Counted from the first letter of the stretch, positions 1 through 14,970 are shown. The stretch is 37,648 bases of DNA from Squatina squatina (GCA_031763465.1 JARFOE010000001.1:5228642-5266289), one strand, 5' to 3'. Translations and numbers: made by a program. Notes: a model not told the origin generated them from the sequence alone.

Positions 1-308
1 AAAACCCCTCCCCCCAACCCCCACCCCCCCACCCCCCATTTCTGACTGGTTCAGTCATAAATGTGACCAATCACATTGTACCAAAAAAAATATGGTGTAC
101 AGCAACCAGGATAGTTCTTAATACCCCTACAGTTAAACCTGTACCCAGCCTTGCTCCACAGCTCCAGACTGCCAGCTGTACCACACTATCTCTTGGCTAA
201 ACAGGCAAAAAGTGCATGCAAAAGATACAGAGAGTCAGGAAGAAAAAAACACATTCCAAAAGAAATTATGAGCAATACCATAGGATATGAAATAGTTGTT
301 GGCAATTA

Positions 309-470
<162 letters not shown>

Positions 471-993
471 TTAGTGGAATTTGTTTAATTAAAATGAACA
501 TCACATTTTTACCCTTTACAATAGCACATGTATTTGTAAAACCAAATAAAACCCTGTAAAAAATCCATATATAATTTGATGTGATGTCACGTGAAAAATA
601 CCATGAAATGTTATTATTAAGCATGCAAATCACTGATAAGCAACATATTGTAGGAAATTATCTTCATAATAATAAAATGGTACAGGCACAATTCAAAGTT
701 TTGAAAAAGGCTCAACAATACTGTACTTTTTATAGCTGTCGTAAATGCTGCTGCTATGAGACAAGTGATCATTTCGATTTCAATTTTAAAGGACAAGTAG
801 GAGCAGTGATTTTTTTAATAGTCAGTATGGTAAATATATATCACTGGAAGAGACTTGCGGAAGAGAAGCAAAGGGCTGTGAAAGCCTGACAGCANNNNNN
901 NNNNNNNNNNNNNNNNNNNNNNNNNNNNNNNNNNNNNNNNNNNNNNNNNNNNNNNNNNNNNNNNNNNNNNNNNNNNNNNNNNNNNNNNNNNNN

Positions 994-1580
994 NGAGGAT
1001 ATTGATGGTGGAGGATTTGACAATGGTAATGACATTGAATGTTGGTTAGAATCTCTCTTGTTGGAGATGGTCATTGCCTGGCACATGTGTGGCGCGAATG
1101 TTACATGCCACTTATCATCCCAGGCCTGAATGCTGTCCAGATCTTGTTACTTGTGAGCATGGACTGCTTCATTTTCTGAGGAGTTGCGAATGGAACTGAA
1201 CACTGAGCACCTCCCTACTTCTGACGTTATGATTGAGGGAATTGATGAAACAGCTGAAGATGGTTGGGCCTAGGACACTTTCCTGAGGAACTTCTGCAAC
1301 AATGTCCTGGGGCTGAGCTGATTGGCCTCCAACAGTCACACCATCTTCCTTTGAGCCAGTGGAGAGTTTTCCCTCGATTCCCCATTGACTTAAATTTTAC
1401 TAGGGCGCCCTAGTGCCACACTCGGTCAAATGCTGTCTTGATGTCGAAAGCAGTAACTCTCATCTCACTTCTGGAATTCAGTTCTTCTGTCAATGTTTGG
1501 ACCAAAGCTGTAATGAGACCTGGAGCTGAGTGGCCCTGTCGGAATCAAAACTGAGCATCAATGAGCAGGTTATTGGTGGG
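994..1580 (-). mobile_element. Degenerate non-LTR retrotransposon (CR1-group/RTEX-like) reverse transcriptase fragment
   Basis: Minus-strand translation gives AQF*FRQGHSAPGLITALVQ..., AFDIKTAFDRVWH and VPQESVLGPTIFSCFIN, which are non-LTR RT motifs, with stops and frameshifts. Confidence 0.85.
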
Positions 1581-4499
1581 CCTGCCTGCTTAATTTAAAT
1601 TAAGTGACCTAACTTGACCCTGTGGCCAGTGCCGGAGATGGGCGATTAAAGCCCAGCACTTATACCAGGATACCGGCCCTGCAGGATTTTTGGGCCTTTT
1701 ATAGCTGATGAGCCCTTTTTTTTTATCAATCTATTTTTCTAAGCTGTTTTTGTTGGTCATTATTTAGAATGATTAAAATGTTGCAGTCGGGTAAACTAAC
1801 TTTTCCCTTTCATGTAACGCCAGTCACTTTATGATGCATGAAATAGAAATTGTGTTTTTTATTATTCGTATTGCTTAGTCCCCAAATATTAGTTGGGATG
1901 AAGTGGTTACTGAAATAAAATACAACACTGTCAGCTCCAATTACGTGTGCGATACTGCTTGTCATTATTTCGTTCAATTCAGTCTGACTTTGATGGTGGC
2001 AACGAGATTTTAAGCTGTGATATAGATGAATGCCTTTGATGGATTGCCTTCTTCTCACTATTAAGAACTTCTAAAATGAAGGAAGGAGCTTCCAATGTCA
2101 GAAGCCAAGTGTTGCTTTAAAAAAGGTTGAAAGCCTTTCATTCACTGGTAATATTCAAGCCTGTGATGAACAACAATTAATGTCTGAGATTTTTTGTGGA
2201 ATGGAATATAGGAAACAACCAGAGAAACAATGTGGAATAAATGGCTATGTTCTTGACCGATTTGTGGATCACAGATTTACAATCATCTGGGAAATTTCAA
2301 AAATTAGAATCACTTCATGAAAATGATCTTTGAGGTTGTGGACAGCATACATTATGCTGGTGATGAAATGTATTTGCATCTTCTTTGTGAGTTGCTGGTT
2401 GCTTATTTTGCAGTAATTACAATCATCATTCTGTTCCTACCAGCATGAGGATAGTCACAAGAATTCCAGGTTTTCTCATGAATTTCCTAAGTATCACATT
2501 CTCTAAAGCAGTCATGTTTCCCAGTTTACATAGAAAGAAAGGTAATTTCTTACAAATTGCAAAATAAGCTCACTCCTGGAGTAAATTAATAGTGAGTAAA
2601 ACCTACAATAGGTATTTTCAGTTTATGGATAATAATATGGATTGACTGTTAACCGAAATATTCAACAGGATTATTAACTACATATTGATTAAGATGGTGT
2701 TTTAAGATTTCACTGATTTCAGGTTGTTTCTGTAGACAAATCAGTAAAAGTGCAAAGCTTTACACTAACATCTATTTTTAAGCAGTATCATAGCATTTGA
2801 TCTCCAGAATACCATGTAATAATAACTCACTTTTTCAATCACAGTTTATCACAGCCTTGATGTATTGTGAATTAAATGGCATGACACCATGTTGTAAATC
2901 ATTATACCTTCTGATTCACCATGAGCGAACACCACGGGAGAATCGGTGGTCATCTTTCTGTCTCTATATCTCTTAATTTCAGTATTTGGGCACATGTTTC
3001 ATTGAAAACTCTTGGGTACCTATAAGTGGTGCTGTGATGGGTATCTGCAATATTAAAATATCACACTCTGACATTGCTGCTATTTTATAGGAAAAATACT
3101 TGCCCTAATTGTACAGTCTGATCACTGTCTTCTCTCCGAATGCTTTCTGCAAATTTTCTTTCACCTACCATTTTTCTCCTGTGTAACTGAAATTTCTTGT
3201 ATCGACAATAAGGGTTTAAACAATTTTTAAAAATACATGATTCACAAAAATGTGATTACATTTATCCATTTAATTGTCTTTTGTGTCTTTTAATTCTTCC
3301 ATTAAAGTTAAATATGAGCTCTGACATTCTGTGAGTTGAATGGGAAATTAATGTGCAAATGCAGCAAGTTCTTAATGCGGGTGGTTTGAGAGCGAGCTGC
3401 TGTCTGCGAGCCAAATCAAGTACTATATATGCAGCAGAGTCCCAAGTCACTTTATTGGCTTCAAACAACAAACTTTGTGTCGTTGTAATATTCCTCCTGT
3501 GTCAAATCCACCCCACAGTAGAAATGGAGAGATTCAACACCAGCGGGAACTGACAGTTACAGAAAGCAGTTCAGTGTTTATAAAGAGGATAAGAGAAAAT
3601 AATTTGATTGAGATATTGAGCCCAAAAGGATTGTGGAAGCTAAATTAATATTTGTAGACTGTGTTTTTGCATTAATAGTACTCAATACTCCTATTGCCAG
3701 AGTATAGTATAACGGAAGCAAACGCTACACGGAATAGAACCCAGGGCCTAGCTTTTTGTGGGTTGGAGAAGTATAGATGGAGGTATGGAAAAGACAGGGC
3801 TCCTACTGGCTCTCAACAAGAGACTGGAACCCCGCAAATGCAGTAAAAAAGGGAGAATGATGCTTGAAAGTCACTGGCCAGCGAGGAACACTCTCCTAAA
3901 GCTCTGGAACCAATATAAAAGTGTCTTTATTGTACCTTTCTTTGCTAAGTGGGTTAATTTATTTCCATTGTTGTGTTCAATAATCCTTACCAATCCGATT
4001 CCTTGTGTGATCAGCACTCTGTGCTTAAATGAAAGAATTCATGCTTAAATTAAAGAGTCTGATTTGTTCTTTTTTTGGAAGTAGGAATTTTGGTGCAGGT
4101 TNNNNNNNNNNNNNNNNNNNNNNNNNNNNNNNNNNNNNNNNNNNNNNNNNNNNNNNNNNNNNNNNNNNNNNNNNNNNNNNNNNNNNNNNNNNNNNNNNNN
4201 NAAAAGCAAAAATAAAGATTCATAAATAGCCCCATGATACTACTACAATAATTACTACAGGGCTCTTTAAATTGACATTCTTAAACAGCACAGTGTACAG
4301 CAACCCTGGGTGCCGATTTTATATAGTAAGGTTGGGTGACGGAGTGCTGTATAATAGTGAATATCAGGAAATTGTTCGGATGTAATTAAGGCCCAAATTT
4401 AATTTAACAAACTGCAAATTTATGGATCCATTCAAATACAAATTGAATTTTCTTGCAGAAAATAACATTATACGCAACAGCATATGAATAATTGTGGCC

Positions 4500-4740
4500 A
4501 TGACGTGTTAAGTGTAGCATGCTTGGGAGAAACAGGTGACTTTGAACCTGTGGTTCCCAAAGCTCTTCACCACTAAGGTTTTCTTCACCTTAAGTTGTAT
4601 GCTTCGTCTGTTGCAGACTGATTGATAGAGATTGCTATGATTAGCCAAGAACCATTATTGTTGTATCATGCGACTACCAGGCTGGTAGAAGGCGAACTGG
4701 ATGGACATAGTCTTTTTCACCTGGCAAATCTTACATTCCA
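4500..4740 (+). repeat. Probable CR1-type LINE 3' tail or related interspersed repeat
   Basis: Ends in gaactggatggacatagtctttttcacctggcaaatcttacattcc, resembling CR1-family 3' termini. Recognised from memory only; boundaries approximate. Confidence 0.4.
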
Positions 4741-6349
4741 AACTGGCAAGTGCTTCTGGGGCCAGTACAACAGCAATCCACAGTTGCCTGGGGTGCTAAA
4801 TGGGCAGAAATCCCATGTAATAGATCTCTGCCTATTTTTGCGATCCCACTTTATGCTCTTTTATCAGAAGGAACAAATTGGAAAATCTACTCTTAAGCCT
4901 CCAGAATGATGGTCAATTACACTATCAGAACTATACCACTTGGTTAATTTCATAGTCACATTGAGCATCGACAAAACATGAAATTCCAGCAATTTTATCA
5001 AAGCTATCATAGAATCTGTCTTTGGATATTCCTTGACATGCTGTCACCAATTCTACTCTGTCAGAATAATCAAAGCAGGTTCTTCAAGCACATCTACCAA
5101 GAAAGTTTGAAAGAATTCATTTTCTGCCAGCATGGATGATAGATTCAATTTTCTTCAAGTACTTCAAAACCGGGTAAAGTTACATTTATCTTCCTTAATG
5201 TGTCAGTGAGGTAGCTGAACTTTCATGCATCAATTCTGTTGAAAATCACTCACCCGATTTTTTTCTCTTTCAAATAAACAGCTGTATTCTTGTACTTTTT
5301 GGAATACCACATTGCACTGATTTATAGAGCTACAATTAAATGAATAATGTTCAGCTGATGTCTCTAATCAGTCACACCATTTGGAAAAACTCACGTTGAG
5401 AAGATTCTCCACCCAAGAGATGTTAGTGGATGCTCGTATTGAATAATAAGAAGCTATCAAATCAGTGATCCACTTAATCTGATATTGAAGTACTGATCTG
5501 CTTCCGAGGTGTTGAACATGAAATTGTTGGGTACAGTTTTCTAAAAGGCACTAATACGCTTGCTAAAGCTCTATACATTACATGCATCGTGCATGTGTGT
5601 GCATAAAGTGATCCATATGCAAATTCTACCCAAAAATACCCATGATTCTTGTATAAGAGGGCCAACATTACAAAGCTCTCACCACCAAAATCCTCACCAT
5701 GTCACCACAAGTGCGTTCTCTCTACTTTTTCCCATTTTAACCAGCATGTTGTCAGCTGTTGCTGAATGCTTGTAGTGCTGTGACATTTAAAAGGCAACTC
5801 TCCCTCCCAGCTTAAGTGTAAATCTCCTCTCCCCATTATATCCTCCTGAGCAATCTCTCATCTTAAATAAGCAGTGGGAGTTAGTAGGAAAAGTTGCAGT
5901 TAAATATCATAGCACTGGCAGAACAGAACAACAGTTGACAGCAACAGTGGATAGCAAGTCACTGGTTTAGTAATGCTAGTTCTCCACCATCATCAGTGAA
6001 ACTGCTTCAGTAGGAGGAAAACCTGTCAGGAATAATAGCTGAGGGAATAGAGGAGGGGACCAAAATTCCATGTTTCTTTCGCCCCGTTAGTGCCTCGGGG
6101 GGGGGCGGGGGGTGGTGGGACAGCAANNNNNNNNNNNNNNNNNNNNNNNNNNNNNNNNNNNNNNNNNNNNNNNNNNNNNNNNNNNNNNNNNNNNNNNNNN
6201 NNNNNNNNNNNNNNNNNNNNNNNNNNTTATAATCGTCGGAGAAGCAATGCAAAGTGTCCCAAATCTGCTGTGCCAACTGCTTTCAGAGGCCACAATAGGT
6301 CAAAAATTAAATAAATAAATCGGGTCTTCTAAGCCATCAAAGGTGTGGT

Positions 6350-6480
6350 GTTTGCCTCTTCCTACGTTACAACACTGATGACACTCCAGAAGTATTTCAT
6401 TGGTTGTAAAGCGCTTTGAGACATCCGGTGGTTGTGAAAGATGCTGCAGAAACCCAAGTCTGTCTTTCTTTCTCTTCTCT
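6350..6480 (+). mobile_element. 3' end of a DeuSINE (SacSINE1/AmnSINE-like) with L2-type tail
   Basis: ttacaacactgatgacactccagaagtatttcattggttgtaaagcgctttgagacatcc...gtgaaagatgct...caagtctgtctttctttc resembles the recalled Deu-SINE/L2 3' tail. Confidence 0.7.
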
Positions 6481-8939
6481 ACTATAATGTACTGTGGACA
6501 CTGTGAAACCACACTATTATGTACCAGTGCTATAACAGCCAGCCAAGGCTGCATTCAAAGTGCTCACCACAGCTCATTACACCGAGCCACTATTTAAAAC
6601 CCCACCCCCACTAATAATGTCGACAAAGGACTGGTTAAAAGATCTAAGGGGTTAGGAGCAGTAAAAGAAAAGGAAATAGATGAGTAAAAATGTTAACTTT
6701 CCACAACCAAATTATAACAAAGTTGAACCCTGTTCCTCATTCTACAGTTCACTGGGACCTGAACCGAAACTCAACATAGCAAACTCAACTTTGAGCAAAA
6801 TCTCCCCACTGAAATATCAACCACAGGGAGAACTTACCTCTCTACTGACTGCTCTCCTCAAAGGTACTGAACAATCTCACACGGCACACTTCAGACTATC
6901 TGCTTTCCAATTTGCATAGCATACAGAGAGGTGCATAGGCTGTGTTTAACCTGAAAGGCAGGAATGGAAACACGATCGCAACTGCACAAGAACACTTCCT
7001 GGTTAACTCGTTGAATACACCAGTACTCTTTCGAGTTAACTCTTTGACTCCCTCAACACAATAGTAGGATTTCAGATTGAACTCTTTAACACTGGGTACA
7101 GCAATATATTTTTTAAAAATCTAGAATTATTAACTAAATGTTAATATTGACTGAACAGTTCACACAAATAAATCGAGACTTACAGGAGAGAGCACACCAG
7201 AGTGGCTCCTCGCTCTCAATGTCATCCCTTGGTAAATACTGTCAAACTCCATATGCAGAACTGTAGAAACTAAAATCGGGCAGCTTGAAATTCTGGGTAT
7301 AAATAATTCTCATTCCTCTTTTTCTCAGATAGTCAAAGTTCTAATTTCATATTTGGTGAGTTGTAGATTTTATGCAAATTTTCATTTTAAGCGAACAAAA
7401 CTTATGCATACAAGCACAGAATTTCACAGTGAAGAACTGAGATGTCAAGATCAGTTTGTCAAGCAGCACCTACAGTATAAGGAAATCCAAATCCCTGCTC
7501 CTTGGAGCACTGCCACTACAGTGCCCATCCTCAGCTGCAACACAGAGTGAACTGTTGCTGCTCCATTTCTGTTTGTCTTCTACATTCAAATCAGGAAATA
7601 CACGAGGGATTGAATGGTACACGATGTGGTCCTTTCACACTGGGAGGTGGATTTCAACCCGGGTTGATGGGCTGAAAATCGTTTATTTTACCCCTGGGCA
7701 AAACTAGCTCAGGGCAGACTGTACTCAAATTCCTTAGAGAAAATGTTATCCATTTTTCAACACAATGTCATCTTCTGGCATCCTGTGTAAGCAAAGAAAG
7801 TGTTTCCAGATGTAGCACAGCCAGGTGCAAAAGCAAAGCTCCCTCTGCTCCACCCCAACAAGGTGCTCTCACAGCAATTTCAGAGGAATGCCCTACAATG
7901 TCTCTTCCATTTCTTGCACCATTGTAACTGTTCTTGTTGTGGAGGAGCCACTCAAGAGTTATCATTGCCTTTGGACAGACCATCATATCCTTTTTACTGG
8001 AGCTCCTCCAAGATGAAATCACATTTTTCTCTGTCAGAAATTATGTGCACAAGGCATGGAAAACCATGCCAAATAACAAATTCAGCTCCTTACTCATGTT
8101 ATTTTTGTACACTTCCTCTTTTACTATTAGGCACTTCACCTTTTATTCTATGTAGTACCCTGCAGTTTCAAATGAATTATATGAGCCATTACCAAGGTGC
8201 TGACCTAAGACATCACTCTAATGCGTGTAATAATGTGATACATAACGATAGAAAAACACCTCAACCATGTCTGTATCTGACATTTCTATAATTTACTGGT
8301 AGGGTTAGATTTGAAAGCTCAAGGATTGGTGAATTTACAACTACAGCACTATACAACAGGAATTAGATTTTTTTCCTTGGTTGTATAAACCCCAGAGAAC
8401 CAAAGCACTGCTTTAGTTTACATTGTAAAATTAACCTCACAAGTCAGATGTTCCGCTCATTGAAGTCTTTAGCTAGGTTTCCAATGCTCAGTATGTAACA
8501 AATACCCTGGAGCAACTGAGCTGATATTAAAAAAATGTCTGACATCATAAATCTGCTAAGTACTTTAAGTTCTGAGCATTTTAGTACTATCATTGTACAA
8601 CTAATGATCTTGAATATTGTACTTGAGATTGATTTTTAAATACAAGTTTAGTTTTCCTAAAATAAATTAGACTCATTTGAACAACCAATGGTACATTTGG
8701 CACCTTGCTGTAACAATCAATCTATACATCCAGTAATAGTGACTGCAGCTCATTTTTGCTGCTTAAGGGTAAAAATACTTCATATTTAAAGTATTTTATG
8801 ATTTGACCTCAAATTCTCTTTTTAGCCAGGATGTGCACCGAAAGGTAAGTTGATTTTAAGGCAAATATTTTGTCCTTCAATAAAATCTTGCACCACACTC
8901 ATCAGATTTACGAATGAGATCATTGGGTCCATAATATAA

Positions 8940-9300
8940 TTCTGGTGCTGGGAGTATGGGTATAATTTTTCAAACAAGTATTTCCTAGTTGGGTTGACAT
9001 TTGTGATCACGAGTGAGCAGCAACACCATTTGCAGAAGATTTTCTTTACCCATTCCTCCCTTCCCTCCAAAAGATGGTGGCCTAGATCTTGGTTTGCACG
9101 AATTGGGCAATGGGAACAATCCCTGTGCCGGAATGGGTGGGCCCGAGGATCACCCGATATTCGGCCCCAGGTCTTGTTTACCTGAGACCATGAAGTTGTG
9201 GACATCTCCTGGGCATCTTCGGGCAGCTCGCGACGAGAAGGGTTTTGGGCTGCCGTCGCTAATGTTCATTCCAGCGTATCCACCTTGCTGGAGGCATTGA
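8940..9300. repeat. Unclassified GC/CpG-rich repeat fragment; its first ~160 bp recur at 9982-10142
   Basis: Direct repeat 8940-9099 vs 9982-10142, about 85% identical by manual alignment. Composition differs from the AT-rich flanks. Confidence 0.7.
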
Positions 9301-9629
9301 AAAAATTGATTATTTTAGATGTTCTTCACAGGGATTCTGCTGCTTTGCTGTTTGGATGTTACATCAAATGTTACTAATAAAATCAATTCTTTAAGGTTTA
9401 ATCTGCACTATGCCTATATCTTTGCTTCTATTTGTATTTCACTTTTGTTTATTATTGACTTGTGTAAAGTGTGCAGGAAAATAAGTGGACAGCCAAAAAA
9501 AAAACTCAATAATATAACGTTAAATAACATGGAGAGAAGACTACTCTCGTTGCTGAGTGTAACAACATCCTAAATGATTTAGTGAAGATTTCCTCTCATC
9601 TGTATACTCAGTAAAATCATAAATACAAT

Positions 9630-10520
9630 GGCCCAGAATTTGCGCTGGGGAATAACAGCGAAAGGGCAACATTTGCTGTCATTACCCCTTTGAAACTGAC
9701 GACAACTTCAGGTTATAGTGGATGCCCATGCTGATGCAGAAATCTTGACGTTGTGGTCAGTCATTCACTGGCTGCGCTGTGGCCCCTTCAACCAACCCCA
9801 TAGCTGGCAATCAGTGTAATCAGGGAAATCAGTGAACACGACAAAAACTTTGGCTTTTCCGCAGTAATATTCCTGTTAACTACCCCATTAAAAGTTAAAC
9901 CTTGTTGGATCAGGTGTAACAGGGGTTTTACAGCCTGTAGACTGCTAAACAAACGTTATGGCCCTGAAAAACTCATTTTAGTTCTGGTACTGGGAGTCTG
10001 AGTATCTTTTTTCAGACAAGTATTTCTTGAGCTGGGCTGGCGTTTGTGATCACGACTGTGCAGCAACAACATTTTCGGAAGATTTTCCTTACCCATTCCT
10101 CCCTTCCCTCCTAAAGATGGTGGCATAGATCTTGGTTTGTACCGGCCTGCACATCCAATTTCTCCATTATAATAACAATTAACATTTTTAAGAAACTTAA
10201 AAAAAAATTATTTTTTTAATGTGTTCATATTTATTTCAGGTTTATCGTTTCCCCACGTGAAAGCCCCAATCTTTGATCTGCGCTCTAGCATTTTTAAAAA
10301 GTCAGAATAAAAGCAGCTTCTTCACTTCCTGGTTCCCTGTCAGTGAGAATCCTGCATTATGATTGGATGTTGGACAGTTCATTAACATCACAGCCTCTGG
10401 TGGATTTCCCACTGTACTACACTGATCCCAATTGAATGTTGAAAAAGCCAAACTTCTTGCCATAGTGATAGCGAGATCTTTGTGGGCAGGGTCAGCAGCA
10501 AACGCCTTTGGTTACAGGCC
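9630..10520. mobile_element. Non-autonomous DNA transposon (MITE/Harbinger-like) carrying an internal ~160-bp insert
   Basis: Begins ggcccagaatttgc and ends ...acaggcc, like other GGNC...AATT termini in this window. No coding capacity. Confidence 0.45.
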
Positions 10521-10849
10521 AATTTTTAAAAATGTCTTTAGGATTTCACTGGAAATATTGACCAGAATGAATATTCATAAATGGTGATACAAGAACACAA
10601 GCACATACACTTGCAAAATTCTGCTTCGAAAATATATTTTCCAGGTGCACATTTTAAAAGGCACACACATGGTAAGCAGTATTAATGAAAATTAGATTTA
10701 TACATGGAATATTTTAAAGTTGCCTTGCTGTACTTTTTACTATTCATGTTCTTATTATCGGACAATTGCCCCAGAGCTTCATCATGCTATGGTGGTATTT
10801 CCAAAGCTTTCTCCTCATTACCAACCCCAGGTCTGATACGGAGTTCAGA

Positions 10850-10981
10850 ACACAGATGTGAGGAGGATGCAAATTGGCTTCAAGGGGATTTAGACAGGCT
10901 AAGCAAGTGAGGAAGAACATGGCAGATGGAATATAATGTGGGAAAATATGAAGTTATCCACTGTGATAGAAAAAACAGACT
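10850..10981 (+). mobile_element. CR1 LINE ORF2 fragment (post-RT region)
   Basis: Translates to CEEDANWLQGDLDRLSK*GRTWQMEYNVGKYEVIH, matching the CR1 LQxDLDRLxxWAxxWQMxFNxxKCxVxH motif. Confidence 0.85.
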
Positions 10982-12561
10982 NNNNNNNNNNNNNNNNNNN
11001 NNNNNNNNNNNNNNNNNNNNNNNNNNNNNNNNNNNNNNNNNNNNNNNNNNNNNNNNNNNNNNNNNNNNNNNNNNNNNNNNNGTGTATTGGATTACAGTGT
11101 GGTAATGTGCAGACAGAGGGTATGCACTGCAATAATGTATTTCGCATTCAGGAAGGCTAACTGTAAGATGGTTAACATGCACTACAGTAAGATAATTCAT
11201 GTTAATTTGACACAGGCATTTGATAAGCTTTCACATCTAACTGTGCAGAAGAGAAATTTAGCAACCCACACTTAATGTTCAAGATATTGGAGTTTAAACA
11301 GCATAGATTTGCTGCAAGATATAATTAGATTTTGGAGACTAATGAAGCAAAATTGTGCCAATTGCTGAATTGAATATATGTTTTTTATGAAAATTAGCTA
11401 TTTCAAACGTTTGATAAATGCTGTCAAAAATGACAGTGTTATACTGGAAACAAGCATGACAGAAACTATTCCATGACAGTGTTGTCAGGTTTGACCTAGA
11501 CAATGTATTTTTTATGTGGGTTGACTCGATGTACTCATTAATTAACAGGAAAATGGAAGTGGCGGAATGGCCTTGCATTTGGTCTTGGAAACGCAACCCC
11601 TTTGGAATTCTTGCAGTCTGTAAAATCACAGCACATGGCAGAGCATAATTAGCTGGGCCAGAGCACCATTCATGAATATTTCCAGAATAGTATTGGTTCT
11701 TTCCTATGCAGAAGCCATCATGGATAAGAGCAGGATAAGATAATAATAAAGGAAGACTCATTTTATGTTTTTTTAAGATTGTATGAAAAAGCACTATATC
11801 TAATGAACATTGTTAAAATAATACAGTGCTATTTTAAAGAGGTATCAACCTGAGCAGTGTTAGTCAAATGTAGTAGAGTGGCTTCTTTATAATTAAAATA
11901 TAGACACTATCTTTCAGGACTGCAGAGGTTACTTCTTTAGTTGAGTCTGAGGAAGGAAACTTTGTAATCCAGAAAGCGATGGTCTACACTTTGTAATATA
12001 TCTTAAACCTAATAAATATGTCAAAGAAACAACCGGATTGTTATAAAAATGACAAAAAAGAGGGCGGCACTCTATCACTTATTAGTGTGAGATACAGATT
12101 ANNNNNNNNNNNNNNNNNNNNNNNNNNNNNNNNNNNNNNNNNNNNNNNNNNNNNNNNNNNNNNNNNNNNNNNNNNNNNNNNNNNNNNNNNNNNNNNNNNN
12201 NAGAAGCAACATGTTGTCTATGCTCACCTTTGCAGTAGAGTAAACACATAAGCTAACTCTAAAATCGTCTTTTAGTTCAGTTTTGCATCCTGTGACCCAA
12301 TTCACTAGTTATTATTCATAAGAAATACAATCTTCTCAATTCCTCTAAGCCCGAAACATGGCTCAGAAAATGTTCATACAATCTTCCAAAAATAAACTAC
12401 TATTTCCATACAACAATCCACAATTAATTAATATTCACTTATCTTAATTACCAATCTTTTGCTCTGACTCTTACTGTTCATCTCTTGAACCCGCTGAAAT
12501 CAGAGACCAAATGCCGTGTTTCCTTTTGCGTTTGGAAGAAGAAATATGACCTTGCAACTCA

Positions 12562-12891
<330 letters not shown>

Positions 12892-14629
12892 TTATATGTT
12901 ACAACACCTCGGGCCATATACTGTAACCAGTTGATAAATTAATATAATTATGTTCTTGACACACTCACATCTAACTGCAACATAGAAAACGGTTTTTGCA
13001 ATTTGCAGCTGATTAATCATGATAAAAAGTCCCAATATTTTGATTTCTTTCTGCAAACTGCAGATCAGTCAAAAGCTTTCATACAATGACAAAGCTACAA
13101 AGTTTGAAGAGATTGTAAATTCCTGCCTCAAATTCCTCCATGTCTGTTTTTCCACACACTCCTTCTCATTAGTTTAGTAAGCTGTATTATTCAGCTGTAG
13201 CTCCTTTTGCTCACAGAACTTGCGTTCATTCCATCTACAGACTTTTATATGCAGTGCTATTACCGATTAGATTTAGTTCACGTTATAAATGACTTCTGCA
13301 GCATCTATCTGTGTGGGATTGCATTTTGCTCTTTACTTTAGGAAGTTTCTGGATAGTAGTTAATAGATTGATCTTTGATAGATTTAAATTAATAGGCTTA
13401 GTGAAAGAAAGTCAAATTTGCATTCACGTAACCTCATCACCATTCTCAGAAACATCTCTCATACAGCAAATTGCAGTGGCTCGTTATGTAGGCAAGTAAT
13501 AAGAGACCATACACATCTGCTGCATCCTGTGTGTACAGCTTCCTCCCCGAGTTTTTTTTCCTTGGAGAGAGATAGAGGATCCTTACTCTTCTTAAACAAC
13601 TATTTATACTGTTTAAACTTGAAGAATCACATAGGAATCAGCCACAGGCTAAGCAAACAAAACTCTCACAATTGAAAGCTTGTAAATCCTTATAAAGATT
13701 CCCTCAAATATTCTTTATGACTCTTTACATCAACAGCAGTAGTTGCAAGTCTCATGGCCTTCAAAAACACTCACCTATGGGTCCTTGCTGGCTGCTTAGA
13801 AATTTGGAATCCTAACGGAGAGGTATTTGCATTTGTCAAATCTTGAGAAATTAACCTGGAACAAAGGAATCTGGGAGACTTCAAACTTGAGTGCTCCCAC
13901 AGGCGGTTTTGAANNNNNNNNNNNNNNNNNNNNNNNNNNNNNNNNNNNNNNNNNNNNNNNNNNNNNNNNNNNNNNNNNNNNNNNNNNNNNNNNNNNNNNN
14001 NNNNNNNNNNNNNGCTACACTGTTATGACTTGACTTTTCAATGTACTTAGAATAATTGTGTCCCTCCCTCTGTGTGCTGTGAATACCCTGCTCAAAATAC
14101 AGATGTGAGATAAAAATCTTCCCGTGACCTAGATCAAGAGAGTTTCTAGGCAGAATGCTTATGAAGCAGAAGACAAAGACAGATTCTGCAACGGTGCAGA
14201 GTGATATGATGGGACCCGCACTATGTGTGGCAGTTGCTCATAGCTCCTCTGGGAGATAAACACTGCGGCAGGGAGGCCCATCTGAGCTGATCAGTGCAGC
14301 AGATGAAAGAAGCTGACAAGCAGCTTCTGTCTTAATCTTATCTCTAAATCCCTGGGACCTCATTTCACTAAATCATTTGCTTTCAACTATGATTGCTAAG
14401 CACTCTGCGTGGTTATTTCTTTATAATCTAGTTATACCTCAGGAGATGACGATTGTGCCAATAAACCTTACAGATTCTTTCCATTTACTGGCCACAATCC
14501 AGGCTAGGATCCACTGGGATGCTTCAGTGCAACACCTGCTCCACAGAAAAGATCATTAAATAGCACAGTTCTTGTTTTTCAACATAGATGTGTTCTATTT
14601 ACCTAATGTTGCTAAACTTTTCCCCCCAT

Positions 14630-14970
14630 TTTACTCCCCCTCCTGTTGATTCTGACTCTTGCGTGTGTGTGGTTCCACCAGGTGTTGGCAGCCCTGCATT
14701 ATATCTCACTACTGGCCATCCTTCCTGTACAAGTCTAGCCAGTGAGTGTCAATGGTCCATTCAAATATAGAGAGGCATCAGAGCCAAGTCAAATTGTGTC
14801 CTCAACAATCGCCTACACACATACACTGCAGTTGTAGGCTAGTAATCAGCAGGAGCAATCCAAGCTGATTTTTACCCTCCATTACCTTGGATCCAACAGT
14901 CGTGGCTCCAACTCCTCAAAGACTGGACATTAAAACTAGGACCTGCTAGTCTGTATAGTCAGCACACCAC
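14630..14970 (-). mobile_element. SINE-like interspersed repeat, copy 1 of 3
   Basis: Reverse complement shares ordered blocks (cagac..g.aggtcc.agttt; ggaggg.aaaatcagc; ttggctctgatg; gaa.gatggcca) with 27210-27535 and 29435-29825. Confidence 0.55.

Noticed and set aside
7800-8291. 163-aa ORF
   Set aside because: No recognisable domain, non-ATG start and random-looking composition.
11339-11794. 151-aa minus-strand ORF with an internal acceptor-like site, as another FSTL5 exon
   Set aside because: No similarity to the FSTL5 EF-hand or Ig exons in the frames examined.
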